From NCBI GenBank assembly GCA_019690055.1, contig JADGGF010000001.1:1-34350 (forward strand): a DNA stretch of 34,350 nucleotides, read 5' to 3'. Source of the DNA: Micromonosporaceae bacterium. Lineage in GTDB: Bacteria > Actinomycetota > Actinomycetes > Mycobacteriales > Micromonosporaceae. Positions 1 through 8,959 of this stretch are shown piece after piece. The translations under genes were made by a program, and so were the position numbers. The notes under the pieces were generated by a model. The model saw only the letters and a list, made by a program, of their open reading frames with translations. It ran no database searches and was not told where the DNA came from. The stretch's first letter is position 1, and every line of letters begins with the position of its first letter.

Positions 1-11
1 GTCGTAGTCGC

Positions 12-656
12 CTATCGACGGGGCTGTCGGGCGGTCGATGAGCGGGGCGGCGCCGAGGCCGGGCGGGTCGGACGGTGGGGCGCAGCGCCGGTCAGCACGA
101 GCTCGACAAAGGCGCGGGCGTCGTCCGGATCGGCCGGCGTCCGCAGCAGCACCCGCGATAAGACGATACCCATAAACATATCTGTCAGCCGCTCGACGGA
201 CGTGCCCGGTCGGAGTTGACGGGCGGCGGCCGCGGTGCGCAGCCGCTCGGCCAGCACGTCCGGCGAGGCGCCGAGCCGACCGGTGAGGTGCTCACCGATC
301 TCCGGGTTGTCGACGGCAGCGGCGATCAGGGACCGCAGCATGGTCTCGTGGCCAGGCGCGGCGATGAAGTCGAAGACCCGCTGCAGCCACTCGGTGAGGT
401 CCGCCACGATGTCGCCGGTGTCGTGCGGGGCGTACGTTTCGGGCAGCAGGGCGCCCTCGATCAGGCACTCGGCCACGACGGCGCTCTTGGACGGCCACCA
501 GCGGTAGATCGTCTGCTTGCCGACGCCGGCCTCACTGGCGATGCCCTCCATGGTCACCCGGTCGTACCCGAGACGCTCGATGAGCGAGGAGGTCGCCGCC
601 AGGATGGCCGCGCGGGCCGCCTGGCTGCGGGTCGCACCTCGCCGGCCTGCGGTCAT
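12..656 (-). CDS. TetR/AcrR-family transcriptional regulator
   Basis: Lower part of ORF 12..1046(-). ATG at 656 gives 214 aa starting MTAGRRGATRSQAARAAILAA, with the HTH signature MEGIASEAGVGKQTIYRWWPSK. The 130 codons upstream of 656 are Arg/Pro-rich and run into the divergent MMPL gene, so I treat them as non-coding. Confidence 0.85.
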   Translation of the reverse strand: MTAGRRGATRSQAARAAILAATSSLIERLGYDRVTMEGIASEAGVGKQTIYRWWPSKSAVVAECLIEGALLPETYAPHDTGDIVADLTEWLQRVFDFIAAPGHETMLRSLIAAAVDNPEIGEHLTGRLGASPDVLAERLRTAAAARQLRPGTSVERLTDMFMGIVLSRVLLRTPADPDDARAFVELVLTGAAPHRPTRPASAPPRSSTARQPRR

Positions 657-687
657 GCGAGGGATCTTACGTCCCGCCAATACCGAG

Positions 688-701
688 ACGAGACGTCTCG
701 T
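688..701. promoter_or_regulatory. 14-bp perfect palindrome ACGAGACGTCTCGT in the TetR/MMPL divergent spacer; candidate TetR operator
   Basis: Read directly at 688-701. It lies between the TetR ATG (656, minus) and the MMPL start (748, plus), the usual position for TetR autoregulatory operators. Confidence 0.4.
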
Positions 702-747
702 ATAGTTGGTCGCGGCCCAGCCGGCACAACGGGGAGGGGACGGACGA

Positions 748-3114
748 GTGGCACAGCTTCTGTACCGGATCGGACGGTTCTCGGGTCGGCGGCCCTGGCT
801 GGTCGTCGCAGTCTGGCTCGCGATCCTCGCCGTGTCGGCGGCGGCCTTCCTGGCGGGTCGGGGCACGCTCGCCAACGGCTTCGACATTCCCGGGACCGAG
901 ACGGCCCGGGTCACCGAGCAGTTGGACCGGAAGATCCCGGGCCTGTCCGGCGGCGCGGGCATGGTGGTATTCCGCACCACCGACGGCTCGCCAATCGACA
1001 AACGCCAGCGGCAGGCCATCGGCGAGCTCACCGCGAGCGCGCGCACGCTCCCCTACGTCGCGAACGTCATCGACCCGTTTGCGGCCGAGGCCGAGCGGGC
1101 CGCGCAGGCCCAGGCGATCGCCGACGGCCCGGCCCAGCTCGACGCGTTCGAGCGACAGCTACCGGACGGCCCGGCCGGTGAGGCGATGCGCCAGGCCCTG
1201 GCCGACCAGCGCCGCCAACTGGAGCTCGGTGCCCAGCTGCTCGAGCTGGCCGACCGGGCCCGGCTCGTGTCGGCCGACGGGAGCACCGCCGTCGCCCACG
1301 TCACCTTCACGGTCAGCCGGCTCACCCTCCCTGACGAGGCCAAGATCGCCGTACGCGACCACTTTGGACAGGCCCACATCGATGGCATCACCATCGACGT
1401 CTCCGACGAGATCGCGTCAACGCTGCCGAGCCTCGTGACGCCGGCCGAGGTCGCCGGGGTGGTGATCGCCGCGATCGTCCTCATCGTCATGCTCGGCACC
1501 CTGATCGCCGCCGGCCTGCCCATCCTCACCGCACTGCTGGGATTGGCCATCGGGGTCCTGGTGAGCCTGTCGCTGTCCGACCTCGTACAGATGTCCTCGG
1601 TGACGCCGGTCCTCGGCCTCATGCTGGGGCTCGCGGTGGGCATCGACTACGCCCTGTTCATCGTGCACCGGCACCGCCGCCAGCTCACCCAGGGCGTTGA
1701 CATCAACGAATCCATTGGCCTGGCCAACGGTACGGCGGGCAACGCGGTGGTCTTCGCCGGCTGCACCGTCCTGGTGGCGCTGCTGGCGCTCAACATCACC
1801 GGGATTCCGTTCCTCGGGGTGATGGGCAACGTCGGGGCGATCTGCGTCGGCGTCGCCGTGCTCATGGCGGTCACGCTGACGCCGGCGTTGCTCGGCCTCG
1901 TCGGTCACCGCGTGGTGCGCCGGCGCCAGCGCGGGCGGGTCGCCGCCGCGCCCATACGGCCGGCCCGGGCGATGTCGACCGTGTGGGCCCTGCTGGTCCT
2001 GCTCCTCGGCGCCGCCGCCCTGGCGGTCGTGGCGATCCCAGCCCAGGACATGCGGCTGGGCCTGCCCGACGGGTCGGCCGAGGACCCGGACTCGACGCAG
2101 TACCGGACGTACCAGATCGTCGCGCAGCAGTTCGGCGAGGGCGTCAACGGTCCGCTGCTCGTCACCGCTACGCTCTCCGAGCCGGCGACCGATCCCGTCG
2201 ACCGGCTGGAGGCCCAGGTACGCGTCGCGCGCCTGATCGCCGAGCAGGACGACGTGGTGGCCGTGGCGCCCGCCGGCGCGTCCGACGACGGAACCATGCT
2301 CGCCTTCCAGGTCGTCCCGGCCAAGGGTCCGACGAGCGTCTCGACCACCGAGCTGGTACGGACGCTGCGGTCCTTGTCGCCGCTGCCCGACGGGACCACG
2401 CTCGGCGTGGCCGGCCAGGCGACCGGAAACATCGACATATCCGAGATGCTGGCCGACGCCCTGCCCGGCTACCTCGCGCTCGTCGTCGGCATCTCGGCGC
2501 TGATCATGCTCGGGGTGTTCCGGTCCGTGCTCGTGCCGATCGTCGCCACCCTGGGCTTCGTGCTGTCGCTGTTCGCCACCTACGGGGCGCTCGTCGCCGT
2601 CTACCAGTGGGGTTGGCTCGGCCGCGTCTTCGGCGTGCACGACCCCGGACCGATCCTCAACTTCCTGCCGGTGCTGCTGGTCGGCATCCTGTTCGGGCTG
2701 GCCATGGACTACCAACTGTTCCTCGCCTCCGGCATGCGGGAGGCGTACGCGCACGGGACGCCAGCGCGCCCCGCGGTGGTGGCCGGCCTGCGCGCAGGCC
2801 GGGCCGTGGTCACCGCGGCCGGCATCATCATGATCGCGGTATTTAGCGGTTTCATCTTCTCCGAACTGACCGTGGCCCGGCCGCTCGGGTTCGGGCTGGC
2901 CTTCGGCGTGCTCGCCGACGCGTTCACCGTCCGGATGCTCGTGATCCCGGCGCTGCTGCACCTGCTCGGACCGGCGGCCTGGTGGCTGCCCCGGTGGCTG
3001 GACCGCATCCTGCCCCGGGTGGACGTCGAGGGCGCCGCACTGCGCCGCCGCGACTCGGCCGGCCCGAGACCCGACGCCGAGCCAGACCGCGCCATGGCGA
3101 CCACCCGGGGGTAG
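748..3114 (+). CDS. MMPL-family (RND superfamily) membrane transporter
   Basis: ORF 706..3114(+). GTG at 748 is preceded by GGGGAGGGGA (731-740). The N-terminus AQLLYRIGRFSGRRPWLVVAVW is MmpL-like, and there are two clusters of TM helices separated by soluble domains. Divergent from a TetR gene. Confidence 0.85.
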   Translation: MAQLLYRIGRFSGRRPWLVVAVWLAILAVSAAAFLAGRGTLANGFDIPGTETARVTEQLDRKIPGLSGGAGMVVFRTTDGSPIDKRQRQAIGELTASARTLPYVANVIDPFAAEAERAAQAQAIADGPAQLDAFERQLPDGPAGEAMRQALADQRRQLELGAQLLELADRARLVSADGSTAVAHVTFTVSRLTLPDEAKIAVRDHFGQAHIDGITIDVSDEIASTLPSLVTPAEVAGVVIAAIVLIVMLGTLIAAGLPILTALLGLAIGVLVSLSLSDLVQMSSVTPVLGLMLGLAVGIDYALFIVHRHRRQLTQGVDINESIGLANGTAGNAVVFAGCTVLVALLALNITGIPFLGVMGNVGAICVGVAVLMAVTLTPALLGLVGHRVVRRRQRGRVAAAPIRPARAMSTVWALLVLLLGAAALAVVAIPAQDMRLGLPDGSAEDPDSTQYRTYQIVAQQFGEGVNGPLLVTATLSEPATDPVDRLEAQVRVARLIAEQDDVVAVAPAGASDDGTMLAFQVVPAKGPTSVSTTELVRTLRSLSPLPDGTTLGVAGQATGNIDISEMLADALPGYLALVVGISALIMLGVFRSVLVPIVATLGFVLSLFATYGALVAVYQWGWLGRVFGVHDPGPILNFLPVLLVGILFGLAMDYQLFLASGMREAYAHGTPARPAVVAGLRAGRAVVTAAGIIMIAVFSGFIFSELTVARPLGFGLAFGVLADAFTVRMLVIPALLHLLGPAAWWLPRWLDRILPRVDVEGAALRRRDSAGPRPDAEPDRAMATTRG

Positions 3115-3143
3115 TTACTGGCAGATTCCGCTCCGGCAAGCTG
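3115..3143 (+). repeat. 29-nt element TTACTGGCAGATTCCGCTCCGGCAAGCTG (copy A)
   Basis: Matches the reverse complement of 22053-22081 at 28 of 29 positions, with a 23-nt perfect core GCAGATTCCGCTCCGGCAAGCTG. Located just after the MMPL stop and upstream of the SRPBCC gene. Confidence 0.85.
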
Positions 3144-3201
3144 GCTCCGGGTCCGGTCCGGGACCGTGGCCTCAGCCACATGGTCGGATGGCGACCCGCC
3201 T

Positions 3202-3219
3202 ATGTACCATCCGGTACAT
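3202..3219. promoter_or_regulatory. Palindrome ATGTACC-ATCC-GGTACAT overlapping the SRPBCC start codon; candidate operator for the co-transcribed TetR
   Basis: 7-bp perfect inverted arms (3202-3208 and 3213-3219). The right arm overlaps ATG 3218. TACCAT (3205-3210) fits the TANNNT -10 pattern, which would imply a leaderless or very short-leader transcript. Confidence 0.3.
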
Positions 3220-3661
3220 GGACTACGAGCAGACGATCGATACGCAGGCCGACGTGGGGCGGGCGTGGACCGCCCTGGCCGCGGTGCAGACGTATCCGCA
3301 GTGGACAAAGTCGATGAGCGCCGTCGAGCCGCTGGACGGACCGGAGCTGCGCGTTGGCCACCGCTTCCGGGTCCGGCAGCCCGGGCGGCCGGTCGTCGTG
3401 TGGCGGGTCTGTGAGGTGACCGACGGACGGTCGTTCCAATGGGAGGCGCGCACACCCGGGGTGTACACGGTCGCCTACCACCACCTGACGCCGCTGCCCA
3501 CCGGAGGTACCCGCATCACCATCGGCATCCGGCAGCGCGGGCCGCTGGCCGGCCTGGTCGCCCTCTTCACGGCCGCGAAGACCCGGCGCTACCTGGTGCT
3601 GGAGGCGGCCGGGCTCAAGGCGGCGGCCGAGGCCGTGCCGGCCAGCGAGGTCAGCCAGTAG
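3218..3661 (+). CDS. SRPBCC-superfamily (polyketide cyclase/dehydrase-like) protein
   Basis: ORF 3188..3661(+). MDYEQTIDTQADVGRAWTALAAVQTYPQW is a typical SRPBCC N-terminus, about 147 aa. The alternative ATG at 3188 adds 10 aa. Confidence 0.7.
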   Translation: MDYEQTIDTQADVGRAWTALAAVQTYPQWTKSMSAVEPLDGPELRVGHRFRVRQPGRPVVVWRVCEVTDGRSFQWEARTPGVYTVAYHHLTPLPTGGTRITIGIRQRGPLAGLVALFTAAKTRRYLVLEAAGLKAAAEAVPASEVSQ

Positions 3662-3670
3662 GCTGGCCGC

Positions 3671-4255
3671 ATGGCGGCGCGCGAGGCGCTGCTCGACCGG
3701 TGTGTCGAGTTCCTGACCAGCAACGGGTTCAGCCAGCTCAGCCTGCGCCAGATCGCCGCGGGCACGGGCACCAGCCACCGGATGCTCATCTACCACTTCG
3801 GTAACCGGGAGGGGTTGCTCACCGCGGTCGTGAACCGGGTCGAGGCTCTCCAGCGCGAGGCCCTCGTCGCGATGGCCCGGGAAATCGACGACCCGGTAGA
3901 GCTGGGCCGGCGGTTCTGGCGGCGCCTGGCCGACCCGTCCCTGGCCGGGGCCGAGCGGCTGTTCTTCGAGATCTACGCGCAGGCGCTGTACGGCCGGGAG
4001 TGGACCGACTCGTTCCGGGCCACCGTCATCGCGGCCTGGGCCGGGCCGGTCGAGGAGCTGTTCGTCCACTATGGATTTTCCCGCGACGAGGCCAGAGCCC
4101 GGGCCCGGCTGGGCATCGCCGCCACCCGCGGCCTGCTGCTCGACCTGCTGCTCACTGGCGAAACCGAGGTGCTCGACCAAGCCGCCGAGCTGCTCGGCGA
4201 GCTGCTCACGCGGCCGACGACCCCGGCGATGCCGCCGAGCGCGGCGACCCGCTGA
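3671..4255 (+). CDS. TetR-family transcriptional regulator
   Basis: 194 aa. HTH region FSQLSLRQIAAGTGTSHRMLIYHFGNREGL. Starts 9 nt after the SRPBCC stop, so probably co-transcribed. Confidence 0.85.
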   Translation: MAAREALLDRCVEFLTSNGFSQLSLRQIAAGTGTSHRMLIYHFGNREGLLTAVVNRVEALQREALVAMAREIDDPVELGRRFWRRLADPSLAGAERLFFEIYAQALYGREWTDSFRATVIAAWAGPVEELFVHYGFSRDEARARARLGIAATRGLLLDLLLTGETEVLDQAAELLGELLTRPTTPAMPPSAATR

Positions 4256-4462
4256 CCGATCCCCCGGGCTGGTGGTCGGGTGACCAGTTGCCTGGGTCAC
4301 ACGGGCCGGACCGGTCGACCGACCCACACCTAGTAACTTGCTAACTTCTGCAACTCGTGAGATTGGCGGGTCTCCGGACCGGGACGGGACGGGTTGCCCG
4401 ATCGGGGCAGGCGGCTAGGGTGAGGGTGGCGCACACGTCGATGCCGGAGGGGGTGGACGGGG

Positions 4463-4789
4463 GTGCACGCTCCGCTCTACCAGGCGAAGGCCGAGTTCTT
4501 CAAGGCGCTGGGACACCCGGCGCGTATCCGCGTGCTCGAGCTGCTCTCGGAGCGGGAGCACGCGGTGTCCGAGATGCTGCCCGGGGTGGGCATCGAGCCC
4601 GCGCATCTGTCCCAGCAACTGGCCGTGCTGCGCCGGCTGAACCTGGTGGTGACGCGCCGCGAGGGTTCGGCCGTCTACTACGCGCTGGTGAGCCCGCAGG
4701 TGGCCGAGCTGCTCGCGGTGGCGCGCCGGATCCTCACGGAGGTGCTCGCCAGTCAGGTCGAGTTGCTGGACGACCTGCGCGCGTCCTGA
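4463..4789 (+). CDS. ArsR/SmtB-family regulator, cysteine-free (Rv0081-like position ahead of hyc-like operon)
   Basis: 108 aa with a GTG start. KALGHPARIRVLELL and HLSQQLAVLRRLNLV form a wHTH typical of ArsR. No Cys residue anywhere, so the ELCVCD metal site is absent. Confidence 0.85.
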   Translation: MHAPLYQAKAEFFKALGHPARIRVLELLSEREHAVSEMLPGVGIEPAHLSQQLAVLRRLNLVVTRREGSAVYYALVSPQVAELLAVARRILTEVLASQVELLDDLRAS

Positions 4790-4856
4790 CTCGGCCACCC
4801 CGCTCGCTACCACCGCCGTCGCGACGACCCCGCTCGCTGGCCCACCGGAGGTTGGC

Positions 4857-5333
4857 GTGGGCCTGATCCGTCGCATCGCCGCCGCGGGGCGGGCCGCCCA
4901 GAAGGCTCCGGCCCGACCCGAGCCGCTGCCGGCGGCCCGGTGGCTCAAGCGTTCCCTGCAGATCCGGCACGTCGACGCGGGCTCGTGCAACGGATGCGAG
5001 ATCGAGCTCGGGCAGGCGTTCTCGCCCGTCTACGACGCGGAACGGTACGGCGCGCGGCTGGTCGCCTCGCCGCGCCACGCCGACGCGATCACCGTGACGG
5101 GGCCAGTGACCGTCAACATGGCGCAGGCGCTGCGCACGACCTACGAGGCGATGCCCGAGCCTCGCCTGGTCATCGGTATCGGTGACTGTGCCCGTAACTG
5201 CGGCGCCTTCGCGGGCGCCCACGCCGTGGTCGGTCCGGTTGACGACGTGGTGCCGGTTGACCTGCACGTGCCGGGCTGCCCGCCCGAGCCGGACGCCATC
5301 GTGGCCGCCCTGCGCGGCCTGACCGGCCGGTGA
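4857..5333 (+). CDS. NuoB/HycG-like small subunit of a group-4 hydrogenase-related complex
   Basis: GTG at 4857 after GGAGGT. Motifs GSCNGCEIE, GIGDCARNCG and VPGCPPEP provide the four Cys of the NuoB/HycG [4Fe-4S] site. Confidence 0.85.
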   Translation: MGLIRRIAAAGRAAQKAPARPEPLPAARWLKRSLQIRHVDAGSCNGCEIELGQAFSPVYDAERYGARLVASPRHADAITVTGPVTVNMAQALRTTYEAMPEPRLVIGIGDCARNCGAFAGAHAVVGPVDDVVPVDLHVPGCPPEPDAIVAALRGLTGR

Positions 5334-7348
5334 ACGTCGTCGCCGCGTCCCTTTCGGCCGCGGGTGGGCTCGCGGTCGCGGGGGCGATCAGCGCGGTCCT
5401 GTTCGGACGGTCGGTGCGCGCGGCGCTGGTGGGGCTGCTGACCGCGCCGGCGGGGGCGGCGGCGGCGGTCGCCGGGGCCGCCGCGGCCGGCGGCGTGTCG
5501 TGGTCGCTCGCCGCGCCGTACCTGCTGCCGCTGACCGGCGTCGAGCTGGCGGTCGATCCGCTGTCCGGGTGGTTCCTGCTGCTGATCGGCGCGGTCACCG
5601 CCGTGACCGGCGTCTATACGGTCGGCTATGCCGGCCGGCAGGGTCACGGCCCGGGGGCCCGACCGAGCCTGGTCCTGCTGCCCCTGTTCGCCGCCAGCCT
5701 GATGCTGGTGCCGGTCGCGGCGAGCGTACCGACGCTGCTTGTCGGCTGGGAGCTCATGGCGGTCACGTCGCTGCTGCTGGTGCTGACCGAACACCGCCAC
5801 GCGCCGGCCGTGCGGGACGCCGGGATCTGGTACGCGGCGTTGACCCAGCTCGGGTTCGTGGCGCTGCTCATCGGCCTGGTCTGGCTCGCCGGGACGGCGG
5901 GGGGCCCGAGCTTCGCCGCGATCCGGGCCGGTGCCCGCGACGTGGACGCGGCAACGGCGAGCGTCGTGTTCCTGCTCGGCCTGATCGGCTTCGCCGGCAA
6001 GGCGGGCGCGGTACCGCTGCACCCGTGGCTGCCCCGGGCGCACGCCGAGTCACCCAGCCATGTATCGGCGCTGATGAGTGCCGCGATGGTGAAGCTGGGC
6101 GTGTACGGCCTGCTGCGGCTCGGGTTCGACCTGCTCGGCGGCGGGGCGCCGTGGTGGTGGCTCCTGCTCGCGGCGGTCGGGGCGATATCGGCGCTGTACG
6201 GCATCACCCAGGCCGCCGTCGCCCGCGACATCAAGCGGATGCTCGCCTTCTCCACGAGCGAGAACGTGGGCCTGATCCTGCTCGGCGTCGGCTTCGCGGG
6301 GATGTACGCGCAGGCGGGCAACTCGACCGCGGCCGTGCTCGCCCTCGCGGCGGCGCTACTGCACGCCGCCAACCACGGCGCGTTCAAGGCGTTGCTCTTC
6401 GCCGGCGCCGGGTCGGTCGTGCGGGCGACCGGGACCCGCGACATGGATCGCCTGGGCGGACTGGTCCGCACGATGCCGGCCACCACCGTCCTGTTCGCCG
6501 GGGGCGCACTCGCCGCGGCGGCGCTCCCGCCCGGCAACGGCTTCGTCTCCGAGTGGCTGCTGCTGCAGTCGCTACTGCACCCCGGCCCGGACGCCGGCCC
6601 GATGCTGACGATCGCAGCGCCAATCGCCGTGGCCGTCGTCGCCGCCACCGCCGGCATCGGGGTCGCCACGTACGTGAAAGCGGTGGGCACGGGCTTTTTG
6701 GCCCGCCCGCGCTCGGACCGCGCGGCCACGGCCCGCGAGTCGCCGCCGAGCATGGTCGTCGCCATGGTGCTGGCCGGGCTGGCCTGCGTGGCGCTGGCGG
6801 TGGTGCCCGGCCTGACGATCCCGGTGCTGTCCCGCATCGCCGGTGACCTGCGTCTGGCGCCCCCCGGCGGGACCGTCGCGGCGTCGACCTTCGCCCTGCG
6901 GGTCGAGGCGGCCACGCTATGGCCACTGTGGACAGTGGTGGGCATCGTCGCCGGCACGGCCGCGGTCGCGGTCGCCGCCCGGGCGCTGGGTCGCGCGCGC
7001 CGCCGGGCTCCGGCCTGGGACTGCGGCGGCGGGCCGCTGACCGAACGGATGGAGTACACCGCGACCTCGTTCGCCGAGCCGCTGCAGCGCGTCTTCGACA
7101 ACGTGCTGGCGCCGGAGCGGGACGTGGACGTCACCCATGCCGATGAGTCGCGTTACCACGTCGCGGCGATCCGGTTCCACCAGCGCATCCCCGACCGCGT
7201 CGAGAACCGGATCTACCGACCGTTGGTCACCGCGCTCCGGTCGCTCGGCGAGCGGGTCCGGCCGCTGGCAAACGGGAGCGTGCACCGCTACCTCGGGTAC
7301 ATGCTCGTCGCCCTGCTCGCCGTCCTGGTCGTGGGGGTGCTGCGATGA
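5330..7348 (+). CDS. NuoL/HyfB/HycC-like antiporter-type membrane subunit
   Basis: 672 aa, polytopic. Mrp/NuoL-like motifs (WELMAVTSLLLV, HPWLPRAHAESPSHVSALMSA). GTGA overlap with the upstream gene. Confidence 0.85.
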   Translation: MNVVAASLSAAGGLAVAGAISAVLFGRSVRAALVGLLTAPAGAAAAVAGAAAAGGVSWSLAAPYLLPLTGVELAVDPLSGWFLLLIGAVTAVTGVYTVGYAGRQGHGPGARPSLVLLPLFAASLMLVPVAASVPTLLVGWELMAVTSLLLVLTEHRHAPAVRDAGIWYAALTQLGFVALLIGLVWLAGTAGGPSFAAIRAGARDVDAATASVVFLLGLIGFAGKAGAVPLHPWLPRAHAESPSHVSALMSAAMVKLGVYGLLRLGFDLLGGGAPWWWLLLAAVGAISALYGITQAAVARDIKRMLAFSTSENVGLILLGVGFAGMYAQAGNSTAAVLALAAALLHAANHGAFKALLFAGAGSVVRATGTRDMDRLGGLVRTMPATTVLFAGGALAAAALPPGNGFVSEWLLLQSLLHPGPDAGPMLTIAAPIAVAVVAATAGIGVATYVKAVGTGFLARPRSDRAATARESPPSMVVAMVLAGLACVALAVVPGLTIPVLSRIAGDLRLAPPGGTVAASTFALRVEAATLWPLWTVVGIVAGTAAVAVAARALGRARRRAPAWDCGGGPLTERMEYTATSFAEPLQRVFDNVLAPERDVDVTHADESRYHVAAIRFHQRIPDRVENRIYRPLVTALRSLGERVRPLANGSVHRYLGYMLVALLAVLVVGVLR

Positions 7349-8280
7349 CCGTGCTGGTGGCGCTGGGCCAGGCGGTGCTGCTGGCGGTGCTGGCCCCGTA
7401 CGTCCTCGGACTCACCCGCGCCGTCCGGGCCCGACTCGAGGGCCGGGCCGGCCGGCGGCTCGGCCAGCCGTGGCGGGACCTGCGCAAGCTGCTGCGCAAG
7501 CCGCCCACGAGCCCGAGCGACGCCAGCCTGTTCTTCGTCGCGGCCCCGCCGGTGCTCCTGGCGACCAGCCTGCTGGTGGCCGTCGCGGCGCCGTTCGTGG
7601 CCACGACCTCGCTCGCGGGCGAGGCCGACCTGATCGTCGTGGTCGGGCTGCTCCTGCTCGGCGCGGTCGCGCTCGCGCTGGCCGGGTTGGACACCGGCAC
7701 CGCGTTCGGCGGCATGGGTGCGAGCCGGGAGATGACGATCGCCGCGCTGGTGGAGCCGACGCTACTGCTGTCCGTCTTCGCCCTGTCGGTGCGGGTCGGC
7801 TCCACCGACCTCGCGGCGATCGTCACCGCCGGGGCGACGGATCCGGCCTCGGTCTTCACCCCGGCGAGCGCGCTGGCCGCCGCTGCCCTGGCGATCGCCA
7901 CGCTCGCCGAGTGCGGTCGCGTCCCGGTGGACAACCCATCGACTCACCTCGAGTTGACCATGGTCCATGAAGCGATGGTGCTGGAGTACTCGGGCCGGGA
8001 CCTCGCGCTGGTCGAGTGGGCCTCGGCGCTGCGCCTGACGATCCTGTTGGGACTGTTGGCGAACCTGTTCGCGCCCTGGGGAGTGGCGACGCACCTGACC
8101 CCGGTGGCGCTGGCCATCGGGACGGCCGCATTCATCGCCAAGGTCGGCGGGCTGGCCGCGCTGCTGGCCGCGGGTGAGGTCCTCGCCGCCAAGCTGCGCC
8201 TGTTCCGGGTGCCCGAGCTGCTGGCCGGGTCGTTCGCGCTGGCCCTGCTCGCCGTCCTCGCCGCCGCGGTGCTGGGCTGA
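7345..8280 (+). CDS. NuoH/HycD-like membrane subunit
   Basis: 311 aa. ATGA overlap at 7345-7348. Contains RVPVDNPSTHLELTMVHEAMVLEYSGRDLAL, a HycD/NuoH-type loop. Confidence 0.85.
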   Translation: MTVLVALGQAVLLAVLAPYVLGLTRAVRARLEGRAGRRLGQPWRDLRKLLRKPPTSPSDASLFFVAAPPVLLATSLLVAVAAPFVATTSLAGEADLIVVVGLLLLGAVALALAGLDTGTAFGGMGASREMTIAALVEPTLLLSVFALSVRVGSTDLAAIVTAGATDPASVFTPASALAAAALAIATLAECGRVPVDNPSTHLELTMVHEAMVLEYSGRDLALVEWASALRLTILLGLLANLFAPWGVATHLTPVALAIGTAAFIAKVGGLAALLAAGEVLAAKLRLFRVPELLAGSFALALLAVLAAAVLG

Positions 8281-8293
8281 CCGGAGGGATGGC

Positions 8294-8959
8294 ATGCACG
8301 GCGCGACCTGGGTGGAGCAGGCGTTCAACCTCGCCTGTGGCCTGCTGTTGCTGACCGCGGTCGGCGCCCTGTGGCGCCGGGAGACCTCCGCGCTCATCCC
8401 GATCCTGACCGTCCAGGGTGGAGCACTGACCGCGATCGCCGTGATGCTCGCGGCCGGCCACCCGGACGGCGGGCAGGCCGTGCTCGTCGCAGTGGTGGTC
8501 GGGCTGCTGAAGGTGGTCATCATCCCGCTGCTGCTGCGCCGGGTGCACCGGCTCGTGCGCAACGCCCGCGAGACCCGACCCCTCGTCAACGTCGCCACCT
8601 CGCTGCTGGCCGCCGCCGGGCTGTGCCTGCTCGCCTACGCCGCCGCCCGACCTCTGGTCGCGGTGGCCGAGTCGCCCACGGCGCGGGCCACGCCCGTGGG
8701 GCTGAGCCTGGTGCTGATCGGGTTCTTCCTCGCCGCCACGCGACACCGGGCCATCTCGCAGATCGTGGGCCTGCTGCTGATCGACAACGGCATCGCGGCC
8801 ACCGCCTTCCTGGCCACCGACGGGGTGCCGCTCATCGTCGAGCTGGGCGTCTGCGCGGACCTGGTGCTCGCGGTGCTGGTGCTGCAGGTACTGACCGCGC
8901 GGATGGTGCACACGTTCGGCGACGGCGACCTCGACGACCTGCGGGAGCTGCACGACTGA
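8294..8959 (+). CDS. HyfE/HycP-like small membrane subunit
   Basis: ATG at 8294 after GGAGGGA (8283-8289). 221 aa, hydrophobic. Occupies the position of Rv0085/HyfE in this gene order. Confidence 0.7.
   Translation: MHGATWVEQAFNLACGLLLLTAVGALWRRETSALIPILTVQGGALTAIAVMLAAGHPDGGQAVLVAVVVGLLKVVIIPLLLRRVHRLVRNARETRPLVNVATSLLAAAGLCLLAYAAARPLVAVAESPTARATPVGLSLVLIGFFLAATRHRAISQIVGLLLIDNGIAATAFLATDGVPLIVELGVCADLVLAVLVLQVLTARMVHTFGDGDLDDLRELHD

Noticed and set aside
661-675. GGGATCTTACGTCCC looks like a DosR box next to the TetR start
   Set aside because: The spacing between GGG and CCC is 9 nt instead of 8, and the site abuts the TetR start codon region. Probably coincidental.
1417-2961. 514-aa ORF antisense to the MMPL gene (also 216..1181, 1053..1643 and 1983..2846)
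   Set aside because: Arg/Gly/Asp/His-rich with no recognisable motifs. This is the usual long open antisense or off-frame read in high-GC DNA. The sense frame has clear MMPL features.
3155-3165. GGTCCGGGACC palindrome after the 29-nt element
   Set aside because: The half-sites are in the opposite order (GTCC..GGAC) and have the wrong spacing for a DosR box, and the site is too short to interpret.
5500-7134. Long ORFs 5500..6846(+) and 5644..7134(-) overlapping the HyfB-like gene
   Set aside because: Arg/Pro/Ala-rich nonsense composition. The 5330..7348 frame carries the antiporter motifs and TM helices.
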